Made by a program: the position numbers and the translations under genes. Below, piece after piece: positions 58,900 through 64,000 of a stretch of 64,000 nucleotides of DNA. Origin of the DNA: Deltaproteobacteria bacterium (lineage in GTDB: Bacteria; Desulfobacterota; Binatia; UBA12015); NCBI GenBank assembly GCA_046583355.1, contig JAYGCM010000069.1:53522-117521 (forward strand), given 5' to 3'. Position 1 is the stretch's first letter; the number at the start of each line of letters is the position of its first letter. The notes under the pieces were generated by a model. It was not told where the DNA came from and did not search any database. It saw only the letters and a program-made list of their open reading frames with translations.

Positions 58900-59526
58900 T
58901 CAGGAGTATTTGCGCATCAGGCCAACGATGACGCCGCGGATCTCGAGGTCGCCCTCGTGGCAGAGAATGGGCGGCACCTGGTCGTTGGCCGGCTGCAGGC
59001 GTACGCGGCCGCCTTTTTCGCGGAAGAAGCGTTTGATGGTTGCCGCGCCGTTGAGGACGGCGACAATGGTCTGGCCATTTTCGGCCGTGGGCCGACTCTC
59101 AACAACGACGAGGTCGCCGTCCAGGATGCCGTCGTCGCGCATCGACTCGCCGACGACCTGAAGCACGAAGCTCTCTTCTTTGCGGACCATTTCTTCGGGC
59201 ACGGAGACGAATTCGTCGTGCAGCATGGCTTCGAGGGGCTGGCCGGCAGCGGCGAGTCCGAGCAAGGGCAGCTCGATGCCGGCCGTACGGCGCTTTTGCG
59301 GTACCAATTCCAACGCGCGACTCTGGCCCGGCCGCCGCCGGATGAGGTCCTTTTCCGCAAGGTTGGTGAGGTGTTTGTGGACCGTCGCAAGCGAGGTGAG
59401 TCCGAAATTGGTGCCGATTTCGCCGAGCGTCGGCGCGTAGCCGTACTCGCGGATATGCTCGGTGAGGTAGTCGAGCAATTCCTTTTGCCGCCGCGTGAGC
59501 GTCTTGTTGGAAGCCAGCTTTATCAT
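58900..59526 (-). CDS. lexA: SOS repressor LexA
   Basis: LTRRQ, PTLGEI, Ala-Gly cleavage AAGQP, GESM (Ser), TIKRF (Lys), LQPAN. Confidence 0.95.
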   Translation of the reverse strand: MIKLASNKTLTRRQKELLDYLTEHIREYGYAPTLGEIGTNFGLTSLATVHKHLTNLAEKDLIRRRPGQSRALELVPQKRRTAGIELPLLGLAAAGQPLEAMLHDEFVSVPEEMVRKEESFVLQVVGESMRDDGILDGDLVVVESRPTAENGQTIVAVLNGAATIKRFFREKGGRVRLQPANDQVPPILCHEGDLEIRGVIVGLMRKYS

Positions 59527-59528
59527 AG

Positions 59529-59561
59529 GCGAAGGATAGGCGAAATTCCCGCTTGCAGCAA
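59529..59561 (-). promoter_or_regulatory. lexA promoter with candidate LexA operator
   Basis: Minus strand TTGCTG-N17-TATCCT, 6 nt, then ATG; TTCGC-N6-TTCGC direct repeat straddles the -10. Confidence 0.6.
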
Positions 59562-59592
59562 GCCCTATGGCGAAAAAAAAGACTGGGCCCCG

Positions 59593-60588
59593 CTACCTCC
59601 GGATCGCCTTACGGTGCTGCCCGTAGGTCCGGCTGAAAATATGGCTCGAATCGTCGCGTGCGACGAAGTAGAGAATTTTCCGGTCGGCCGCAGGGCGCAC
59701 GGCGGCTTCGAGGGCGGCGCGCCCTGGGTTGGCGATCGGTCCCGGCGGGAGCCCTGATATTTTGTAAGTATTGTAAGGGTTTTCTCGGTCGAGATCGCGT
59801 GCGCGGACGCGTCCCGAATGTCCCGCTACGCCGTAGACCGCGGTCGGGTCCGACTGCAATTTCATGCCGCGGCGCAGGCGGTTGTGGAAAACCGCCGAAA
59901 TCAGCGCTCGCTCTGCGGCGAGCGCCGCTTCTTTTTCGATCAACGAGGCCAGGGTGACGATTTCGCTCGGCGCCAGGCCGTGGCCGCGGCCTTCTTCGAT
60001 CAAGCGTGGGCTGAAAACAGCTTGGAACTGCTGGTGCATATGAGCAAGAATCTCTGCCGGGGCCGCCCCGGCGGCAAACGCGTAAGTATCCGGGAAGAGG
60101 TAGCCCTCCAGAGTATCGCCGGGCACGCCCAGTCGGGCGGCGAAGGCGGGATCGCGGGCAATCGCGGCAAAAACACCAGCGTCGCCGAGGCCGGCGGCAG
60201 CCAATACGCGGGCGGTTTCGTCGATATTGAGCCCCTCGGGAACCACTACGAAGTCGAGTTCCTGGGGCCCGCTCACGAAGAGATCGAGGATCTCGCCCAC
60301 GGTGGCTCCGCCCGTAAGTTCGTAGTTCCCGCTGCGGATCCGCCGGTCGAGGCCGCGCCACCGCGCCAGCGCGGCAAAGGCGCGAGGTTCTTCAATCAGT
60401 CCGGTTCGGTGGAGTTCTTTAGCTAATTTCGCGAGTGAGACGCCGGGTAGGACCTGCACATGAGCCGGGTCTTTTCGCTGTGGACCACGGACCTGAAGAT
60501 GGTGGCGGGCGAGCAGGCTCGCGGTCAGCGCGCCGAGGAGTCCGAGCGTCAGAGCGGCCGAGACTGTGATTTTCAAGAACCGAAGCAT
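59593..60588 (-). CDS. mltG: Endolytic transglycosylase MltG
   Basis: VPEG, LEGYLFPDTY, LASLIEKE, SAVFHNRL, LQSDPT, PYNTY, GLPPGPIANPG. Confidence 0.95.
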   Translation of the reverse strand: MLRFLKITVSAALTLGLLGALTASLLARHHLQVRGPQRKDPAHVQVLPGVSLAKLAKELHRTGLIEEPRAFAALARWRGLDRRIRSGNYELTGGATVGEILDLFVSGPQELDFVVVPEGLNIDETARVLAAAGLGDAGVFAAIARDPAFAARLGVPGDTLEGYLFPDTYAFAAGAAPAEILAHMHQQFQAVFSPRLIEEGRGHGLAPSEIVTLASLIEKEAALAAERALISAVFHNRLRRGMKLQSDPTAVYGVAGHSGRVRARDLDRENPYNTYKISGLPPGPIANPGRAALEAAVRPAADRKILYFVARDDSSHIFSRTYGQHRKAIRR

Positions 60589-60773
60589 TCCGATCGAGAA
60601 CTTATGAGGTTCGGAGCGGTAGGGAAAGGCCGGCCGGATCCGTGGCGCGGTTGACAATGGGGGCAAGAATTGCAAACTCAGCAGGGTCCGGGGGGACGAA
60701 AAGGCTGCGATTTCTTTGTAAAACTCGTGCAGCGGCGGGGTGTGGTGGTGGTCGCCGAATCCTGCCGAGCCTT

Positions 60774-62165
60774 ATGCTGATTGTGGGTCTGATCACGCTC
60801 CTTGGAGCGGCTGATCCGACCTTCGGTCCGAGGGATATCGCCTACGCGGACTCCGATTTCGCGCCGTCGCGTCGCGTGATTCTTCCCGCCGTGGAGTTCT
60901 CGGACCCTTTCGCATTGGCTGCGGAGCAATGCTCGCCGGTCGCTCGGCGCAGCTTTCTTGTCGGGGCAGAACGCCGGTCGTCACGCCCCGAATACGGCCG
61001 GACTCTCCGGAATGGCCTGGGCAAGGCCATTCCCGCGCGCATCGAACAAAGCGATACCGTGCGCAGCGGCGATACCTTGACGCGGCTGATGCGTCGCCTC
61101 GGGGTGCGCTCGGCGGAGACGCTGCGGTGGTACCGGGCGGCCCGGCCCGTTTTTGATTTGGCGCGACTGCGGCCGGGGCACGAAATCACAGCCTTCTTCG
61201 ACGAGAGCGGCAAGAGCCTCGAAGAACTCCATTATGAATTGAATGAGTTCGGTCTCATCGTTGTAGAGCGCGGGCCCGATGGCGTCATCGAGGCACGCCG
61301 GGCCGAGGCACCGGCGCAGATCGAAATCCGCGGCGCGAGCGGTGCGATCGGTTCCAGCCTGACAGCTGATTGCCTGGCCGCCGATGTGCCGCGCCCGGTC
61401 ATCCAGAAACTCAGCGATATTTTCGCCTGGGAAGTCGACTTCCGCCGCCTGCAGAAGGGCGACCGTTTCCGTGTGCTCTACGAGATGAAGACGAGTCTCG
61501 ACGGCAAACTCTCCAAGACGGGCCGCGTGCTCGCGGCCGAAGTGGAGACGGGCGGCAAAATCCACACCGCCATCCGCCATGAAGACGACCGGGGCCGTGT
61601 CGGATATTTTGATCTTGAGGGACGCCCGGTGGCGATGTCCGCCATCCGCTTCCCCGTGAAATACACGCGCATCTCCTCCAAATTCAGCCGCTCGCGGAAG
61701 CACCCCGTCTTCGGCCGTCGTCGCCCGCATCTCGGTGTCGACTTCGCGGCGCCGCGCGGCACGCCGGTGCGCGCGATTGCCGGCGGCCGTGTCGTCTATG
61801 CCGGTCGCAAGGGGCAGCTTGGTCGCGCCGTGCGCATCGACCACCAGACGCCGTCACGCTACGATTCGATCTACGGCCATCTGCACCGCATCGCCAAAGG
61901 TGTGACGCGCAAAGGCTGGGTGCAAAAGGGCCAGATCATCGGCTACGTCGGTTCAACCGGTGCGGCCACCGGCCCGCATCTGCATTTCTCCTTGGTCGAG
62001 GGCAAACGCTACGTTGACCCTTTGAAGGCCCTGCCGGCCGCTGCCTCGTCGACGCTGCCGCGTCCGGGCGAGGATTTCCACGAGGGCAAGGGCGCGATCG
62101 TACAGGCCCTCGCGACTCTCGACGGCAGCGGTCCCGTTCGTCTCACGCGCCTGGATTCTTTTTAG
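60774..62165 (+). CDS. M23 family peptidoglycan endopeptidase (MepM-like)
   Basis: VRSGDTL, RISSKF, HLGVDF (HxxxD), YGHL, TGPHLHF; start uncertain. Confidence 0.9.
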   Translation: MLIVGLITLLGAADPTFGPRDIAYADSDFAPSRRVILPAVEFSDPFALAAEQCSPVARRSFLVGAERRSSRPEYGRTLRNGLGKAIPARIEQSDTVRSGDTLTRLMRRLGVRSAETLRWYRAARPVFDLARLRPGHEITAFFDESGKSLEELHYELNEFGLIVVERGPDGVIEARRAEAPAQIEIRGASGAIGSSLTADCLAADVPRPVIQKLSDIFAWEVDFRRLQKGDRFRVLYEMKTSLDGKLSKTGRVLAAEVETGGKIHTAIRHEDDRGRVGYFDLEGRPVAMSAIRFPVKYTRISSKFSRSRKHPVFGRRRPHLGVDFAAPRGTPVRAIAGGRVVYAGRKGQLGRAVRIDHQTPSRYDSIYGHLHRIAKGVTRKGWVQKGQIIGYVGSTGAATGPHLHFSLVEGKRYVDPLKALPAAASSTLPRPGEDFHEGKGAIVQALATLDGSGPVRLTRLDSF

Positions 62166-62223
62166 AGGATCTGGCGCCCGCGGCTGGTTCGGCTCGGGCC
62201 GGGGGCGTGGTAGGACGTGGGCG

Positions 62224-63399
62224 ATGATGACCTACGCGGACGGGCGACGATTGTTGGACGCCGACAGCCACATCATGGAGCTGCCGGATTTTCTCACTAA
62301 TTTTGCCGACCCGGCCCTGCGCGAGAGCCTGCCGAAGATCAGCTATGCGAGGTCCTCGGTCGACGAGGACGAAGCCTGGGCGCTGGCTCGTGCGGGTGGC
62401 CATGCACGCGCCTACGCTGATGAACTCGAAGCTCTGGGCGGCGCCGGTCTCATCGCTGGGCCGAAAGAGGAAAAGGCGCTCGGCGCGTTTGATGGCGCTG
62501 ACCGCAGCCGCGCGCTCGACCTGATGGGATTCGAGAAACAATTGGTCTTCTCCACCCTGGCCGGCACGGTGGTCTTTGATCGGTCGCTGACGCCCGAGCT
62601 GCAATACGGTGCGGCGCGCGCCAACAACCGCGGCATGCTCGCGTTCTGCGCCAACGATGCGCGCCTTCTGCCGGTGACCATCGTGCCGCTGGAGGATCCG
62701 GCGCTTGCCTGTACGGAACTCGAATTTGTGCTGCGTGGCGGTGCTGCTGCCGTCTGGGTGCCGCATGGTGACGCGGGCGGGCGCTCCCCCGGCCATCTCG
62801 ACTTCGATCCTTTCTGGGCACGCCTTGCCGAGGCGGGCGTGCCCTTCGTGATCCATGTTGGTGGCTATCCGTTGCAGGTGCCACCGGCGTGGGCCAACAA
62901 CGGGCAGCCGCCTTCGCGCGATTGGATGGGAGGCGGCGAGAATGTGCGCGGCAAGGATTTCTCCATCTTGCACCAGCCGGCCGAGCGATTTCTATCCTTG
63001 TTGATGCTCGATGGCGTCTTCGAGCGGTTCCCGCAATTACGCGGCAGTGCGGTCGAGTTGGGCGCGAATTGGGTGCCGAGTTTTCTTGAGCGGCTCGATG
63101 ATGTGGTCGCGGTTTTCAGCCGCATGGAACCGCATCTCAAGAAATTCACTCGCGCACCTTCGGTGCAATTTCGCGAGCAATTTGCCTTCACGCCCTTCGC
63201 CTTCGAGAATGTCGGCCGGCTGATCGAGCGTTCCGGCGCCGAGCTCTACCTCTTCTCCAGCGACTATCCGCATGCCGAGGGAACGCGCGACCCGATCGGC
63301 CATTTCGAGTCGAGCCTCAAGGATACCTCGGTTGCTGCCTGCGAAGCCTTTTGGTCGGGCAACTTTGCGCGAGTTTTCGCCCGCGTCCTGGACCTCTAA
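62224..63399 (+). CDS. Amidohydrolase family protein (Amidohydro_2)
   Basis: DADSHIME, IHVG, GVFERFPQL, ELGANW, FSSDYPHAEG. Confidence 0.88.
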   Translation: MMTYADGRRLLDADSHIMELPDFLTNFADPALRESLPKISYARSSVDEDEAWALARAGGHARAYADELEALGGAGLIAGPKEEKALGAFDGADRSRALDLMGFEKQLVFSTLAGTVVFDRSLTPELQYGAARANNRGMLAFCANDARLLPVTIVPLEDPALACTELEFVLRGGAAAVWVPHGDAGGRSPGHLDFDPFWARLAEAGVPFVIHVGGYPLQVPPAWANNGQPPSRDWMGGGENVRGKDFSILHQPAERFLSLLMLDGVFERFPQLRGSAVELGANWVPSFLERLDDVVAVFSRMEPHLKKFTRAPSVQFREQFAFTPFAFENVGRLIERSGAELYLFSSDYPHAEGTRDPIGHFESSLKDTSVAACEAFWSGNFARVFARVLDL

Positions 63400-63411
63400 C
63401 CCCGTAAAGAT

Positions 63412-63999
63412 CTAAATACTATTGTAGGCGATGCCGCTGGGAACTTTGGGATAGAAGTAGGTGGACTTCTGCGGCATCGTGAGCGCGGCGCGAGCGATCG
63501 AGATGACGTCTTCGACGCTGGGCGGCGGCAGCAGAATGGCCAGGCCGGCGCGGCCGCTCTCGACAGCCTCGAGGGTCTCGCTCTCGTCATGGGTGTAGGT
63601 GAATTGGTCGTTCGGGATTTCGGCGAGCACGACGTCGTGCAGGAAGCTCACGTCAAGGATCGCGAGCTCCGGAGCCAGCGCGGCCAGCTTCTCGCGGGCA
63701 AGCGTGCCTGGTTCCAGCAGCAGGTTCTTGCCGCCGGGTAGTACGATGCCGAGTCGCGGGTGCCTCTCTCCCGCGGGGGGCAAGGCCAACGCGGCCCATA
63801 GCGCCTTGCCGTCGGCCATTTCCGTGACCTCACAAAGTTCGCGGCAACGAGCTTCGAAGGCGGCCGCTTCGGGAGCCTTTTTGGGAATGCGGTGTGTCGG
63901 CAATACCGCGAGTCCCGCGTCACGGGTCGAGCAGATATGTGCCATGACGAAATCGAAATCCGCGCCGAGGCCGCCGCTAACGGCGGCCTCGGCGCGGCG
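63412..63999 (-). CDS. DUF1015 family protein, C-terminal part (truncated by window edge)
   Basis: VLPTHR and MPQKSTYFYPK motifs. Confidence 0.8.
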   Translation of the reverse strand, partial: RRAEAAVSGGLGADFDFVMAHICSTRDAGLAVLPTHRIPKKAPEAAAFEARCRELCEVTEMADGKALWAALALPPAGERHPRLGIVLPGGKNLLLEPGTLAREKLAALAPELAILDVSFLHDVVLAEIPNDQFTYTHDESETLEAVESGRAGLAILLPPPSVEDVISIARAALTMPQKSTYFYPKVPSGIAYNSI

Positions 64000-64000
64000 C

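Overview
GC-rich bacterial chromosomal window. Gene content and order suggest a deltaproteobacteria-like lineage (Desulfobacterota/Myxococcota/Binatota-like; inference). Order: 3' end of ppdK; an orphan promoter-to-terminator unit (~583-876) holding an 11-codon ORF (MSNTLDDPPGY) and tandem hairpins; a beta-propeller lipoprotein, aroE and an ABC-class ATPase; a large type IVa pilus locus (pilB-pilT-pilC-pilA1, GT-C-like membrane protein, pilD, TPR protein, two fimT/pilV/pilW/pilX minor-pilin sets, pilY1); a metabolic/accessory block (MBL hydrolase, dodecin, IclR, cyclase, mesaconyl-CoA hydratase, a second stand-alone major pilin pilA2, metF, amidase, a c-type cytochrome with a contracted CxCH motif, MFS, amidohydrolase, TatD, lytic transglycosylase, phd-vapC); the kdsB-pyrG...kdsA-kdsD-lpxL-lptCAB-rpoN-hpf-ptsN-hprK-rapZ-EIIA-ptsH cluster; then hemW, lexA (with a candidate direct-repeat SOS box), mltG, an M23 peptidase, an amidohydrolase and a partial DUF1015 gene. 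I saw no rRNA, tRNA, CRISPR array, transposase or integrase. The most notable items are the small peptide/sRNA unit, the two Geobacter-like aromatic-rich pilins with sigma54 promoters and a shared upstream motif, the CxCH cytochrome and the LexA box. All calls come from reading motifs by eye; no searches were run, and several start codons are my best estimates.
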